64,000 nt of DNA from Heptranchias perlo (GCF_035084215.1 NW_027139401.1:62001-126000), one strand, 5' to 3'. Counted from the first letter of the stretch, positions 35,433 through 50,900 are shown. Numbers and translations: made by a program. The notes: a model not told the origin generated them from the letters alone.

Positions 35433-37441
35433 AACGGACCCAGGATTCGGCCGGGCAAGGCATGAGGCGGACAAAGAATGCAGACGCCCGGGGAAGTGAG
35501 AGACGTCTGGGCCGGACAGTCATGGGGAAAAACACCTCCCCCCACACCCCCCCGACAGTGGCCGAGAACAAACTGAGACAGATACCCGACCTTAATATCC
35601 TTCGTCCTTCAAACTCAATTTACCACCGTCCGTTCAGCTTAATACCCTTTCTAAAACCCTGGCCCCGGAGAGACCCTCCTTTATATCGCGCTGCACCTCA
35701 CCTCGCGCACACTCCCACCCCCGAGGTTTCCAATACCACCGTTCACTAACCCCTCCCCATCCCTGCCGCCTCCCTGTGCTCACTGTTGTAATGTGGGAAA
35801 AACGGCAGCCAATTTGTGCACAGCAAGATCCCATAAACAACACCGTGATAAATGACCCAGATCATCTGTTTTTTTCGTGATGTTGTTCGAAAGATAAATA
35901 TCGGGGCCCAGGACCCCGGGGAGAACTCCCCCCTGCTCTTCATCCAATAGTGGCCGTGGGATCTTTCACATCCACCTGAGAGGGGCAGACGGGGTCCTCG
36001 GTTTAAAGTCTCATCTGAAAGATGGCACCTCCGACAGTGCAGCACTCCCTCAGTACTGACCCTCCGACAGTGCGGCACTCCCTCAGTACTGACCCTCCGA
36101 CAGTGCAGCGCTCCCTCAGTACTGACCCTCCGACAGTGCGGCGCTCCCTCAGTACTGACCCTCCGACAGTGCAGCACGCCCTCAGTACTGACCCTCCGAC
36201 AGTGCAGCACTCCCTCAGTACTGACCCTCCGACAGTGCAGCACTCCCTCAGTACTGACCCTCTGACAGTGCAGCACTCCCTCAGTACTGACCCTCCGACA
36301 GTGTGGCGCTCCCTCAGTACTGACCCTCCGACAGTGCAGCGCTCCCTCAGTACTGACCCTCCGACAGTGCGGCGCTCCCTCAGTACTGACCCTCCGACAG
36401 TGCAGCGCGCCCTCAGTACTGACCCTCCGACAGTGCAGCACTCCCTCAGTACTGACCCTCCGACAGTGCAGCACTCCCTCAGTACTGACCCTCTGACAGT
36501 GCAGCACTCCCTCAGTACTGACCCTCCGACAGTGTGGCGCTCCCTCAGTACTGACCCTCTGACAGTGCAGCACTCCCTCAGTACTGCCTCGACTTTGTGC
36601 TCAAGTCTCGAGAGTGGGACTTTCACCCACGACCTTCGAACTCAGAGGCGCGAGTGACCCCCGTTGAGCTCCGAGCAACTCAACGACAGAAGACAAGTTT
36701 GAAAGGAACTTTGCCCAGAAGAGTTCTGAAGCATCTTCAGGACGGTTCGAAGAGGGCCTTTGGTTCACAAGACAATGTACTTGGAGAAACGGTGCTGAAA
36801 TAACCAGAGATCCTCGGGAAGAGATAAGTGCATTATGGGTAGAGTGAGGTTGCATGTGTTGCTTGATTTGCTTGTGCGAATTGTTTAAACCATGAAACAT
36901 TATCCTCGAACGTGTGACCTTTTGTTTTTGACTGACCGTTGTCCGCGTTCAAGGGTCGCGGGAAAATCAGACGATTGAATCTTCATTTCAGGATCTGACG
37001 TTCCTCATTATCGTTCCGTGTCTTTCTGCTCCCTCTCAATAAAACTGTCTGAAAGGCTTTCAGAGAATCGTAGAGTGGTTCCAACATAGAAGGAGGCCAT
37101 TTGGCCCATCGAGCACCGTGCCAGCTCCACACAACTGGTCCCACTCCCCCCCGACTCCCGCCCTTTCCCCGTAGCTCTGCCAATTTTTTCCCTTCAGGTA
37201 TTTATCCAACTCCCTTTCGAAAGCCACGATTGAATCTGCCTCCACCTCCCTTTCAGGCAACGTATTCCAGATCCTAACCACTCGCTGCGTAAAAAAGATT
37301 TTCCCCTGTCGCCTTTGGTTCTTTTGCCAGTCCCCTTAACTCTGCGTCCTCTGCTTCCCGACCCTTCCGCCAATGGGAACACTTTCTCATTGTTTGCTTT
37401 ATCCAAAGCCATCATGATTTTGGACACTTCTGTCCTGAAAT

Positions 37442-38919
37442 CACAGGTGATATCAAGAAACGGCTGAGTTCACTGGATACAGCAAAGGCGATGGGCCCCG
37501 ACAACATCCCGGCTGTAGTGCTGAAGTCTTGTGCTCCAGAACTAGCCGCGCCTCCAGCCAAACTGTTCCACTTCAGCTACAACACTGGCACCTACCCGAC
37601 AATGTGGAAAATTGCCCAGGTATGTCCTGTCCACAAAAAGCAGGACAAATCCAATCCGGCCAATTACCGCCCCATCAGTCTACTCTCAATCATCAGCAAA
37701 GTGATGGAAGGTGTCGTCGACAGTGCTATCAAGTGGCACTTACTCACCAATAACCTGCTCACCGATGCTCAGTTTGGGTTCCGCCAGGACCACTCGGCTC
37801 CAGACCTCATTACAGCCTTGGTCCAAACATGGACAAAAGAGCTGAATTCCAGAGGTGAGGTGAGGGTGACTGCCCTTGACATCAAGGCAGCATTTGACCG
37901 AGTGTGGCACCAAGGAGCCCGAGTAAAATTGAAGTCAAATTGAAGCGGGGAAAACTCTCCAGTGGCTGGAGTCATACCTAGCACAAAGGAAGATGGTAGT
38001 GGTTGATGGAGGCCAATCATCTCAACCCTCAGGGTAGTGTCCTAGGCCCAACCATCTTCAGCTGCTTCATCAATGACCTTCTCTCCACCATAAGGCCAGA
38101 AATGGGGATGTTCGCTGATGATTGCACAGTGTTCAGTTCCATTCGCAACCCCTCAGATAATGAAGCAGTCCGTGCCCGAATGCAGCAAGACCTGGACAAC
38201 TTGCCACATATCAGGCTTGGGCTGATAAGTGGCAAGTATCATTCGCGCCAGACAAGTGGCAGGCAATGACCATCTCCAAAAAGAGAGAGTCTAACCACCT
38301 CCCCTTGACATTCAACGGTATTACCATCACTGAATCCCCCACCATCAACATCTCGGTGGTCACCATTGACCAGAAACATAACTGGACCAACCATATAAAT
38401 ACTGTGGCAACAAGAGCAGGTCACAGGCTGGGTATTCTGCAGCGAGTGACTCACCTCCTGACTCCCCAAAGCCTTTTCACCATCTACAAGGCACAAGTCT
38501 GGAGCGTGATGGAATACTCCCCACTTGCCTGGATGAGAGCAGCTCCAACAACACTCAAGAAGCTCGACAGGATTCACTGCAGCAACTCGCCAAGGCTTCT
38601 TCGACAGCACGCCCCAAACCCGCGACCTCTACCACCTGGAAGGACAAGAGCAGCAGGCACATGGGAACAACACCACCTGCACGTTCCCCTCCAAGTCACA
38701 CACTATCCCGACTTGGAAATATATCGCCGTTCCTTCATCGTCGCTGGGTCAAAATCCTGGAACTCCCTTCCTAACAGCACTGTGGGAGAACCTTCACCAC
38801 ACGGACTGCAGCGGTTCAAGAAGGCAGCTCACCACCACCTTCTCAAGGGGCAATTAGGGATGGGCAATAAATGCCAGCCTTGCCAGCGATGCCCACATCC
38901 CATGAACGAATAAAAAAAA
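37442..38919 (+). mobile_element. Duplicated copy of the CR1/L2-group LINE (second segmental unit)
   Basis: Near-identical to 17893-19371, at the same position in the unit. Confidence 0.88.
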
Positions 38920-41138
38920 GGTGCAGGATTAGATACTCTGTCCCGTCAAACACTCCTGGGGCAAGTACCGGATTAGATACAGAGTAAAGCTCCATTTGCA
39001 CTGTCCCATCAAACACTCCCAGGGCAGGTACAGGGAGTTGGATACAGAGTAAAGCTCCCTCTATACCGTCCCATTAAACACACCCAGGGCAGGTACAGGG
39101 AGTTAGATACAGAGTAAAGCTCCCTCTGCACTGTCCCATCAAACACTCCCAGGGCAGGTACAGGGAGTTAGATACAGAGGAAAGCTCCCTCTACACTTTC
39201 CCATCAAACACTCACAGGACAGGTACAGGGTTAGATACAGAGTAAAGCTCCCTCGACACTGTCCCATCAAACACTCACAGGACAGGTACAGGGTTAGATA
39301 CAGAGTAAAGCTCCCTCTACACTGTCCCATCAAACACTCTCAGGGCAGGTACAGGGTTCGATACAGAGTAAAGCTCCCTCTACACTGTCCCATCAAACAC
39401 TCCCAGGGTCAGGTACAGGTTTAGATACAGAGTAAAGCTCCCTCTACACTGTCCCATCAAACACTCCCAGGGCAGGTACAGGGTTAGATACAGAGTAAAG
39501 CTCCCTCTACACTGTCCCATCAAACACTCCCAGGGCAGGTACAGGGTTAGATACAGAGTAAAGCTCCCTCTGCACTGTCCCATCAAACACTCCCAGGGCA
39601 GGTACAGGGTTAGATACAGAGTAAAGCTCCCTCCACACTGTCCCATCAAACACTCCCAGGGCAGGTACAGGGTTAGATACAGAGTAAAGCTCCCTCTACA
39701 CTGTCCCATCAAACACTCCCAGGGCAGGTACAGGGTTAGATACAGAGTAAAGCTCCCTCTGCACTGTCCCGTCAAACACTCCCAGGGCAGGTACAGGGAG
39801 TTGGATACAGAGTAAAGCTCCCTCTACACCGTCCCATTAAACACACCCAGGGCAGGTACAGGGAGTTAGATACAGAGGAAAGCTCCCTCTACACTGTCCC
39901 ATCAAACACTCACAGGACAGGTACAGGCTTAGATACAGAGTAAAGCTCCCTCTACACTGTCCCGTCAAACACTCCCAGGGCAGGTACAGGGTTAGATACA
40001 GAGTAAAGCTCCCTCTACACTGTCCCATCAAACACTCCCAGGGCAGGTACAGGGTTAGATACAGAGTAAAGCTCTCTCTACACTGTCCCATCAAACACTC
40101 CCAGGGCAGGTACAGGGTTAGATACAGAGTAAAGCTCCCTCGACACTGTCCCGTCAAACACTCACAGGGCAGGTACAGGGTTAGATACAGAGTAAAGCTC
40201 CCTCTACACTGTCCCATCAAACACTCCCAGGGTCAGGTACAGGGTTAGATACAGAGTAAAGCTCCCTCTACACTGTCCCGTCAAACACTCCCAGGGCAGG
40301 TACAGGGTTCGATACAGAGTAAAGCTCCCTCTACACTGTCCCATCAAACACTCCCAGGGCAGGTACAGGGTGAGATACAGAGTAAAGCTCCCTCCACACT
40401 GTCCCATCAAACACTCTCAGGGCAGGTACAGGGTTCGATACAGAGTAAAGCTCCCTCTACACTGTCCCGTCAAACACTCCCAGGGCAGGTACAGGGTTAG
40501 ATACAGAGTAAAGCTCCCTCTACACTGTCCCATCAAACACTCCCAAGGCAGGTTCAGGGTTAGATACAGAGTAAAGCTCCCTCTACACTGTCCCGTCAAA
40601 CACTCCCAGAGCAGGTACAGGGTTGGATTGAGAGTAAAGCTCCCTCTACACTGTCCCATCAAACACTCTCAGGGCAGGTTCAGGGTTAGATACAGAGTAA
40701 AGCTCCCTCTACACTGTCCCGTCAAACACTCCCAGAGCAGGTACAGGGTTAGATACAGAGTAAAGCTCCCTCTGCACTGTCCCATCAAACACTCCCAGGG
40801 CAGGTACCGGGTGAGATACAGAGTAAAGCTCCCTCTACACTGTCCCATCGAACACTCCCAGGGGCAGGTACAGGGTTAGATACAGAGTAAAGCTCCCTCT
40901 ACACTGTCCCATCAAACACTCCCAGGGCAGGTAACGGGTGAGATACAGAGTAAAGCTCCCTCTACACTGTCCCATCAAACACTCCCAGGGCAGGTACAGG
41001 GTTAGATACAGAGTAAAGCTCTCTCTACACTGTCCCATCAAACATTCCCAGGGCAGGTACAGGGTTAGATTCAGAGTAAAGCTCCCTCCACACTGTCCCA
41101 TCAAACACTCCCAGGGCAGGAACTGCACAGGTTAGATG
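38920..41138 (+). repeat. 63-bp minisatellite array upstream of gene 3
   Basis: Same unit and orientation as 3165-6730. Confidence 0.95.
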
Positions 41139-41990
41139 CACAGTGAAGCTCCCTCAGTACTGCCCCTCCGACAGTGCAGCGCTCCCTCAGTGCTGACCCT
41201 CTGACAGTGCAGCGCTCCCTCAGTACCGACCCTCCGACAGTGCAGCGGTCCCTCAGTACCGACCCTCCGACAGTGCGGCGCTCCCTCAGTACTGACCCTC
41301 CGACAGTGCGGCGCTCCCTCCGTACCCCCTTTCCCCATTCACCCCATCGCCCCCTGTGCCCCTTCTCTCTGCAAGATCTCTCCCCTCAGTCCCATTCCCC
41401 CTTTCCCCATTCCCCCCCATCACCCCCTGTGCCCCTCTCTCTCTGAAAGATCTCTCCCCTCAGTCCCATTCCCCCTTTCCCCATTCACCCCATCACCCCC
41501 TGTGCCCCTCTCTCTCTGAAAGATCTCTCCCCTCAGTCCCATTCCCCCTTTCCCCATTCCCCCCCAGTGCCCCTCTCTCTCTGAAAGTTCTCTCCCCTCA
41601 GTCCCATTCCCTTTCCCCATTCACCCCATCACCCCCTGTGCCCCTCTCTCTGAAAGATCTCTCCCCTCAGTCCCATTCCCTCTTTCCCCATTCACCCCAT
41701 CACCCCCTGTGCCCCCCTCTCTCTGAAAGATCTCTCCCTTCAGTCCCATTCCCCCTTTCCCCATTCACCCCTCGCCCCCTGTGTCCCCTCTCTCTCTGAA
41801 AGATCTCTCCCCTCAGTCCCATTCCCTCTGCTCCCCCCACTGTTTCTGATGCTCCCTCTCTGTGTGGTGGAGATTACCCTACCAGATAGCAGTCTGTAGC
41901 ACGAGTTACCTCAATTTGTGACAATAACCACTTCCTGATCCTCTACTTCAACTCTTCGAGAGACTCCGACGCTCTGAATAAAACCCAGAG

Positions 41991-44900
41991 ATGTGGCAGT
42001 TGTGTGCGGGACGGGTCTGGAGCCTTGTCTGTGTGTTCCTGTTTGCCATCTGCGTGGGTAAGAGATATTCTTTTCATCAATTGTGTGTGAAGAGCAGCGA
42101 GAAGTGTGAGAACATCCTTAACGTTTCCAGTGTGTGCGAAGGCCATTCGGCCCATCGTGGTTGGTCCCTGGGTCTCTACTAGGCCAAACATCGCAACAAT
42201 TCCGTCGCTCTCTCTCGCTGTCTCTGCCGCTCTATTTTCTTTTTGTCTGTCTCTCTCTCTGTCTTTCTTTCTCTCTGTCTTTCTTCACTCTGTCTGTGTC
42301 TTTCTGTCATCATCTCCCTCTCTCTGTTTCTCTCTCTCTTTCCCACCCTGTCTGTCTCGTTCCCTCACTGTCTCTCTCTCACTGTATCACTGTCTCTCCC
42401 ACCCTCTCTCTCACCATCCGTCTCCCTCATTCCCTCTCCCTATTTCACTCTCGCCCTCCCTCTCTCTCACCCTCCCTCTGTCTCACTCTCTCTGTCTCTC
42501 TATCCCTCTCCCTCTCTCTATGTCACTCTCTTTCTGTCTCCCTCTCCCTCTTTCTCACTCTCCCTCTGTCTCATTCCCTCTCCCTCTCTCTGCATCCCTC
42601 TCTCCCCCTCTCTCTCTTTCTCTCTCCCTCTGTCTCATTCTCTCCCTCTCTCTCTCNNNNNNNNNNNNNNNNNNNNNNNNNNNNNNNNNNNNNNNNNNNN
42701 NNNNNNNNNNNNNNNNNNNNNNNNNNNNNNNNNNNNNNNNNNNNNNNNNNNNNNNNNNNNNNNNNNNNNNNNNNNNNNNNNNNNNCCTCTTTACCCGTAG
42801 ACGTGCACCATTCTCTCCTTAAAATAATTCTCACTTTGCCGTTTACAATAAACCATTTCCTGCCAGCACTCGCTGTATCTTGCAGTCTGTGAACTGCATC
42901 AGCAAATATCTCCCATTACAGAGAGAGCTCCTCACACCCTGGCTGAACATTTCCGATTTCTCACTGCACCTCGTGCGGTTTCATTTGTTCAAAAATCTTT
43001 TACAGTTCTTTGTTTCTACAAATGTGTGAGGGCAAAGGAGAGACAAGTGTCCACCAGATAAAAACGTACCCTGTATCTAAACCGTGCTGTACCTGCCCTG
43101 GGAGTGTTTGATGGGTCAGTGCAGAGGGAGCTTTACTCTGTATCTAACCCTGTACCTGACCCTGGGAGTGTTTGATGGGACAGTGTAGAGGGAGCTTTAC
43201 TCTGTATCTAACCCTGTACCTGCCCTGGGAGTGTTTGATGGGACAGTGCAGAGGGAGCTTTACTCTGTATCTAACCCTGTACCTGACCCTGGGAGTGTTT
43301 GATGGGACAGTGTAGAGGGAGCTTTACTCTGTATCTAACCCTGTACCTGCCCTGGGAGTGTTTGATGGGACAGTGTAGAGGGAGCTTTACTCTGTATCTA
43401 ACTCTGTACCTGCCCTGGGAGTGTTTGATGGGACAGTGTCGAGGGAGCTTTACTCTGTATCTAAGCCTGTACCTGGCCCTGGGAGTGTTTGATGGGACAG
43501 TGTAGAGGGAGCTTTACTCTGTATCTAACACTGTACCTGACCCTGGGAGTGTTTGATGGGACAGTGTAGAGGGAGCTTTACTCTGTATCTAAGCCTGTAC
43601 CTGGCCCTGGGAGTGTTTGATGGGACAGTGTAGAGGGAGCTTTACTCTGTATCTAACACTGTACCTGACCCTGGGAGTGTTTGATGGGACAGTGTAGAGG
43701 GAGCTTTACTCTGTATCTAAGCCTGTACCTGGCCCTGGGAGTGTTTGATGGGACAGTGTAGAGGGAGCTTTACTCTGTATCTAACCCTGTACCTGCCCTG
43801 GGAGTGTTTGATGGGACAGTGTAGAGGGAGCTTTACTCTGTATCTAACCCTGTACCTGCCCTGGGAGTGTTTGACGGGACAGTGTGGAGGGAGCTTTACT
43901 CTGTATCTAACCCTGTACCTGCCCTGGGAGTGTTTGATGGGACAGTGTAGAGGGAGCTTTACTCTGTATCTAACCCTGTACCTGCCCTGGGAGTGTTTGA
44001 TGTGACAGTGTAGAGGGAGCTTTACTCTGTATCTAAGCCTGTACCTGCCCTGGGAGTGTTTGATGGGACAGTGTAGAGTGAGCTTTGCTCTGTATCTAAT
44101 CCTGTACCTGCCCTGGGAGTGTTTGATGGGACAGTGTAGAGGGAGCTTTACTCTGTATCTAACCCTGTCCCTGCCCTGGGAGTGTTTGATGGGACAGTGT
44201 CGAGGGTTCTTGACTCGAACTCCTCCACAAATTATCTGCCCCATTTCCCTACGTTCCAACACTTCAAAAGTATTTATTGCCTTTCAGTCACTTAAAGACC
44301 CTGTGGAGATGTGGCACTGGGTTATATATCTCTCCAACTCGTTCCTCAATCACTGAGCTTGTCCTGTTCCACAAACACTCACTGTCTCCTCCTGTTAACT
44401 CAGGTGAAATTCAGACTCTCCGTCCCCCTGTGAATGGAACCCTGGGTCAGTCGATTGTCTTACCTGTTGGGATCCCACCCACACCGGAGGATGTTGAGGT
44501 TGTTTGGAAACGCAAAGAACCCGACGCCAGAATAGCGAGATACATGAACAAGAATGTTGAAACGTTCGGCACTGAGGAGTACACGGGACGGATAAAGTTT
44601 CATCCAGAGAATTACAGTCTGCAAATCAGTGTCTTACAGAGAGAGGACAGTGGTGTGTATGAGGTGATTGTAACAGGAGCGTTAGGACGTGAAACTTCGG
44701 AGCTGGTTCGACTGGACGTGTACGGTGAGTGAGATTGTATCTGCTGATTCTGGGCTTCACCCATTACTGAAAGACCCCAAATTAATGGGTTGGGACAGAT
44801 ATTGTACATTACAAAGTTTATTGAATCGCTCCTGATTGTCAGTGCCCATACTGGGGTCACTGATCTCAGGGGTGTCGGGGTGAGGCAGCCTGAGTCTGGG

Positions 44901-47900
44901 GGTACACGCAGTACATTGCTGGATTTACTCAATCCCAGTGTAAACCCTGTTTCCATTGGAGGGATGGAGAGGGGAGATGAAACAGGTTCCCCACAATCTC
45001 AGACTCACTGTGAAATACCTCACTCAATCCCAGTGTGAACCCTGTTCCCATCGGAGGGATGGAGAGGGGAGATGAAACAGGTTCCCCACAATCTCAGACT
45101 CACTGTGAAATACCTCACTCAATCCCAGTGTAAACCCTGTTCCCATCGGAGGGATGGAGAGGGGAGATGAAACAGGTTCCCCACAATCTCAGACTCACTG
45201 TGAAATACCTCACTCAATCCCAGTGTGAACCCTGTTCCCATCGGAGGGATGGAGAGGGGAGATGAAACAGGTTCCCCACAATCTCAGACTCACTGTGAAA
45301 TACCAGAATACAGTTCTGTGCCTTTCACCATCTTGTCCTGTTTGCTGTTCATTCACCTGCCTCGTGGAAATAAATCAGTTGTCGGTCTAAATCCCGAGTC
45401 TCCAGACATTCGGAGAATCTGGGAATCTTTTAACGAGAAGGATTGACAGGACAGCCCACAAAACGTTCCAGTAACCAGGGTACAGAGTCATTATTCCCGA
45501 TCATAATCCCAGGGTCTCCCTCTTATTTAACGCGATCTAGGCCAGAACGAGAGGGCGCACTCCAGATCTTAAGGGACACAGGCTCAGCTTACAGGAGTGA
45601 GTGATGACACGGAACCAGTGAGAATTCCCGGGATACAAACCCAAAAACGGTGAATTTGAGCGAAGGAGTGTGCGATGCATGTGTGTGACTCTCCTCCATT
45701 TTGATCCGCGTGAAACCAGCGGGGCAGCGAGACAGTTAAAATGGCGGATGGAGGACTGAGACGGGATCTGCTTAAAGTTGACTCGGGAGCATCGTTGACG
45801 ACACGGGTGGCGGGGAGGGGATTGTTGGGTATCGAACTGTCACACAAGGGCCTCCATTACTTTCTCACAGGCCTGCCTGTGTTTTTCTTTCTATCCTAAT
45901 GTCAGAGCGTGTGTCAGGAACGAACATCAGGTCTACTGTCACCCAGGGGATCTGTAACATCACCCTGACCTGCTCAGTGACCTCAGGCGATCTCACCAGC
46001 TTCCGATGGTGGAGGGGACGAGAGGAGTTGGGGAATGACAGCAACCATTATCTCTCTGGATACGGAGAGGAACTCCGGATCTATTACACATCGGATGTCA
46101 AGGAGAGTGTGCACACGTGTGAAGCCTGGAACGCAGTCAGTAAGGACACTGCACAGGTCGAGCTGAGTGGTGTCTGCAATATACCCGTATCTGGTGAGTG
46201 TCACAGTGAGAGAAACAAACAACTACATTCAGGTATCAGACAGTCTCGTGTTGTACCTGCCCTGGGAGTGTTTGATGGGACAGTGTAGAGGGAGCTTTAC
46301 TCTGTATCTAACCCTGTACCTGCCCTGGGAGTGTTTGATGGGACAGTGTAGAGGGAGCTTTACTCTGTATCTAACCCTGTACCTGCCCCTGGGAGTGTTT
46401 GATGGGACAGTGTAGAGGGAGCTTTAATCTGTATCTAACCCTGTACCTGACCCTGGGAGTGTTTGATGGGACAGCGTAGAGGGAGCTTTACTCTGTATCT
46501 AACCCTGTACCTGCCCTGGGAGTGTTCGAGGGGACAGTGTAGAGGGAGCTTTACTCTGTATCTAACCCTGTACCTGCCCTGGGAGTGTTTGATGGGACAG
46601 TGTGGAGGGAGCTTTACTCTGTATCTAACCCTGTACCTGCCCTGGGAGTGTTTGATGGGACAGTGTCGAGGGAGCTTTACTCTGTATCTAACCCTGTACC
46701 TGCCCTGGGAGTGTTCGAGGGGACAGTGTAGAGGGAGCTTTACTCTGTATCTAACCCTGTACCTGCCCTGGGAGTGTTTGACGGGACAGTGTAGAGGGAG
46801 CTTTACTCTGTATCTAACCCTGTACCTGCCCTGGGAGTGTTCGAGGGGACAGTGTAGAGGGAGCTTTACTCTGTATCTAACCCTGTACCTGCCCTGGGAG
46901 TGTTTGACGGGACAGTGTCGAGGGAGCTTTACTCTGTATCTAACCCTGTACCTGCCCTGGGATTGTTTGATCCTTGACCTCGCACGGAGCTCGACCTGAT
47001 TTGGCCCACGGATTGCTCGGTGAGTTGCCTCCGTGATGGTGAAGATCATCCTGTAAAATTGTCCTAAATTGTCTCTGTCCTTTTCACATCTTCCAGGCGT
47101 ATCTGTTACGAATTCATCTGACATCAACTGCATTGCCCTCCTCCTTGTTTTTTTAATTCCATGTGTCGCCTTCTCCATTTATAAATGCCGTCGACATTCC
47201 TCCCGTTCAGAAGGTAAGAGATCATCTTCATCTCAATCAATGGGTGTGTCAGACTGCTGACCTTTCACCCTCTGGGGTGGGGAGCTTTTTGCGGGGGTGT
47301 CAAATCGAGCTGGTTTTATCCCGGGCCCTCAGTGTCTCTTGAACTCTCTCATCGTAGGCTTGGCAAATGCTGCAGATGGTCGAAGCTTCGAACGTGCCTC
47401 GGTTCCCAACAATTACGTGAGTATTGATGTACCTCGCCACGCACACACACACGGAGATCCCACAGCTTCCCTCACCACCTGTGTGCCCTCCGTAGCCATC
47501 AGCTCATCCAAACTCTCGGCTGCCCCCCCTCTCCGTATCCGCACTCGTCCCGTTCGCCCATCACCCCTCCCCCACATGCTGTCTGAACCCTCCGTTGGCG
47601 GCCCATGGTTATCCAAGCCTCTCCGGGGCTTAGAACGGTGCGAGCCCCCTTTTGGCCAAAACGCTTTGGACCTCTTATCGTTTGTACTGACGGTGAGGGC
47701 TGGTTTTGTTGCAGTGAATCGGACAATGATGGCAATCAGAGCTTAACTCCATGGGCATTAAACAACACAGGAGCAGGAGGAGGCCATTCGGCCCCTCGAG
47801 CCCGTTCCGCCATTCATTGAGATCAGGGCTGATCTGTGACCTCTGCCCCATATCCCTTAATACCCTTCGGTTAACAAAAACTGAACAATCTGAGATTTAA

Positions 47901-50900
47901 AATGAACAACTGAGCTGGCATCGACTGCCGTTTGCGGGAGAGAGTTCCAAACTTCTCCCACCCTTTGCCTGTCGAAGTGTTTCCAAACCTCACCCCTGAA
48001 AGTCCTGCCTCAAATTTTTAGACGGTGTCCCCCAGTCCCACCATAAGAGCATAAGACCGTAAGAGATAGGAGCAGGAGTAGGCCATTCGGCCCCTCGAGC
48101 CTGCTCCGCCATTCAATGAGATCATGGCTGATCTGATTTTTACCACAACTCCACTTTCCCGCCCTTTCCCCATATCCTTTGACTCCCTCGCTGATCAGAA
48201 ATGTGTCTAACTCGGCCTTGAATGTACTCAGTGACTCGGCCTCCACAGCTTTTTGGGGTAAAGAATTCCAAAGATTCACGACCCCCTGGGAGAAGAAATT
48301 CCTCCTCATTTCCGTCTTACTCTGGGACTATGCCCCCTCGTTTTAGATTCCCCCATGAGGGATAACATCCTCTCAGCATCTACCCTGTCGAGTCCCCAAC
48401 CAGCAGGAATAGTTTCTCTCTATCTCCCCTATCAGTTCCCCTTAATAGCTTAAAAACTTCGATCAAATCACCCCTTAATCTTCTAAATTCCAGGGAATAC
48501 AACCCGAGTTTGTGTGTTCTCTCCTCGGAATTTAACTCTTGGAGTCCAGGTATCGTTCTGGTGAACCAACGCTGCACTCCCTCCAAGGCCACTATCTCCT
48601 TCCCAAGGTGCGGTGCCCAGAACTGAACCCAGTACTCCAGGTGTTGTCTAACCAGGGCTCTGTATCGCTGTACAATAACTTCTACCCCCCCCCACCACCT
48701 TGTATTCCAGTCCTCCGTATATAGAGTCCAGCAACAATAATCTGCATTTATCCAGTGCCTTTTAACGTAGTGAAACGTCACAAGGTGCTTCCCAGGAGCG
48801 TAAATCAGGCAAAATGAGACCCCGAGCCACATATTAGGAGATATCAGGACAGGTGACCAAAAGCTTGGGTCAAAGAGGGAGTTTTAAGGAGAGTCTTAAA
48901 GGAGGAGAGAGAGGGGTGGAGAGGTTTAGGGAGGGAATTCCAGAGCACAGAGGCCCCAGGCAGCTGAAGGCACGGCTGCCAATGGTGGAGCGATGGGAAT
49001 CGGGGGGATGGGCAAGAGGCCAGAATTGGAGAAGCGCAGAGATCCGGGGGGGGGGGGGTTGGGGGGCTGGTTGGAGGGGCTGGAGGAGGTTACAGAGATC
49101 TGGGAGGATTGGAGGGGCTGGTGGGGGTTGCAGAGATCTGGGAGGATTGGAGGGGCTGGAGGAGGTTACAGAGATCTGGGAGGGTCGGAGGGGCTGGAGG
49201 AGGTTGCAGAGATCTGGGAGGATTGGAGGGGCTGGAGGAGGTTACAAAGATCTGCGAGGGTTGGAGGGGCTGGAGGAGGTTACAAAGATCTGGGAGGGTC
49301 GGAGGGGCTGGAGGAGGTTACAGAGATCTGGGAGGGTAGGAGGGGCTGGAGGAGGTTACAGAGATCTGGGAGGGTCGGAGGGGCTGGAGGAGGGTTACAG
49401 AGATCTGGGAGGGTCGGAGGGGCTGGAGGAGGGTTACAGAGATCTGGGAGGATTGGAGGGGCTGGAGGAGGTTACAGAGATCTGGGAGGGTCGGAGGGGC
49501 TGGAGGAGGGTTACAGAGATCTGGGAGGGTCGGAGGGGCTGGAGGAGGGTTACAGAGATCTGGGAGGGTCGGAGGGGCTGGAGGAGGGTTACAGAGATCT
49601 GGGAGGGTCGGAGGGGCTGGAGGAGGTTACAGAGATCTGGGAGGGTCGGAGGGGCTGGAGGAGGTTACAGAGATCTAGGAGGGTTGGAGGGGCTGGAGGA
49701 GGTTACAGAGATCTGGGAGGGTCGGTGGGGCTGGAGGAGGTTAGAGATCTGGGAGGATTGGAGGGGCTGGAGGGGGTTGCAGAGATCTGGGAGCATTGGA
49801 GGGGCTGGAGGAGGTTACAGAGATCTGGGAGGGTCGGAGGGGCTGGAGGAGGGTTACAGAGATCTGGGAGGGTCGGAGGGGCTGGAGGAGGGTTACAGAG
49901 ATCTGGGAGGGTCGGAGGGGCTGGAGGAGGGTTACAGAGATCTGGGAGGGTCGGAGGGGCTGGAGGAGGTTACAGAGATCTGGGAGGGTCGAAGGGGCTG
50001 GAGGAGGTTACAGAGATCTAGGAGGGTTGGAGGGGCTGGAGGAGGTTACAGGGATTTGGGAGGGTTGGAGGGGCTGGAGGAGGTTACAAAGATCTGCGAG
50101 GGTTGGAGGGGCTGGAGGAGGTTACAGGGATCTGAGAGGGTTGGAGGGGCTGGAGGAGGTTACAGGGATCTGGGAGGGTTGGAGGGGCTGGAGGGGGTTG
50201 CAGAGATCTGGGAGGATTGGAGGGGCTGGAGGAGGTTACAGAGATCTGGGAGGGTCGGAGGGGCTGGAGGAGGGTTACAGAGATCTGGGAGGGTCGGAGG
50301 GGCTGGAGGAGGTTACAGAGATCTGGGAGGGTCGGAGGGGCTGGAGGAGGTTACAGAGATCTGGGAGGGTCGGAGGGGCTGGAGGAGGTTACAGAGATCT
50401 GGGAGGGTCGGAGGGGCTGGAGGAGGTTACAGAGATCTGGGAGGGGTTGGGGGCGAGGGCCATGGAGGGGATTTGAACACGAGGATGGGATCATTTTAAA
50501 ATCGAGGCATTGCTGGACCGGTTACCAATGTAGGTCCAGCGAGCACCGGGGGGGGTGACAGGTGAACGGGACCTAGGATGCGGGGGGCAGCAGAGTTTGG
50601 GACGAGTGGATGGTTACGGAGCGTGCAGAGGTGAGAAAGCATTGGGGAATACTCGAGTGTGGGGGTGACAAAGGGCACGGATGAGGATTTCAGCAACAGA
50701 TGAGCTGAGGCGGGAAGTGGAGGGGGGGGGGGCCGGAGACGGGCGATGTTACAGGAGGTGGAAGCAGGCAGTCTTGGTGATGGAGCAGAAATGTGGCCGC
50801 AATCGGACGCCAAAGTTGAGAACATTCCTGAGTGTGTCATTTTTTTTCCCTTCCCGTCCTGAGGCATCGCAGGTTAACAGCGAGAACCCGGAAAGCCCGC

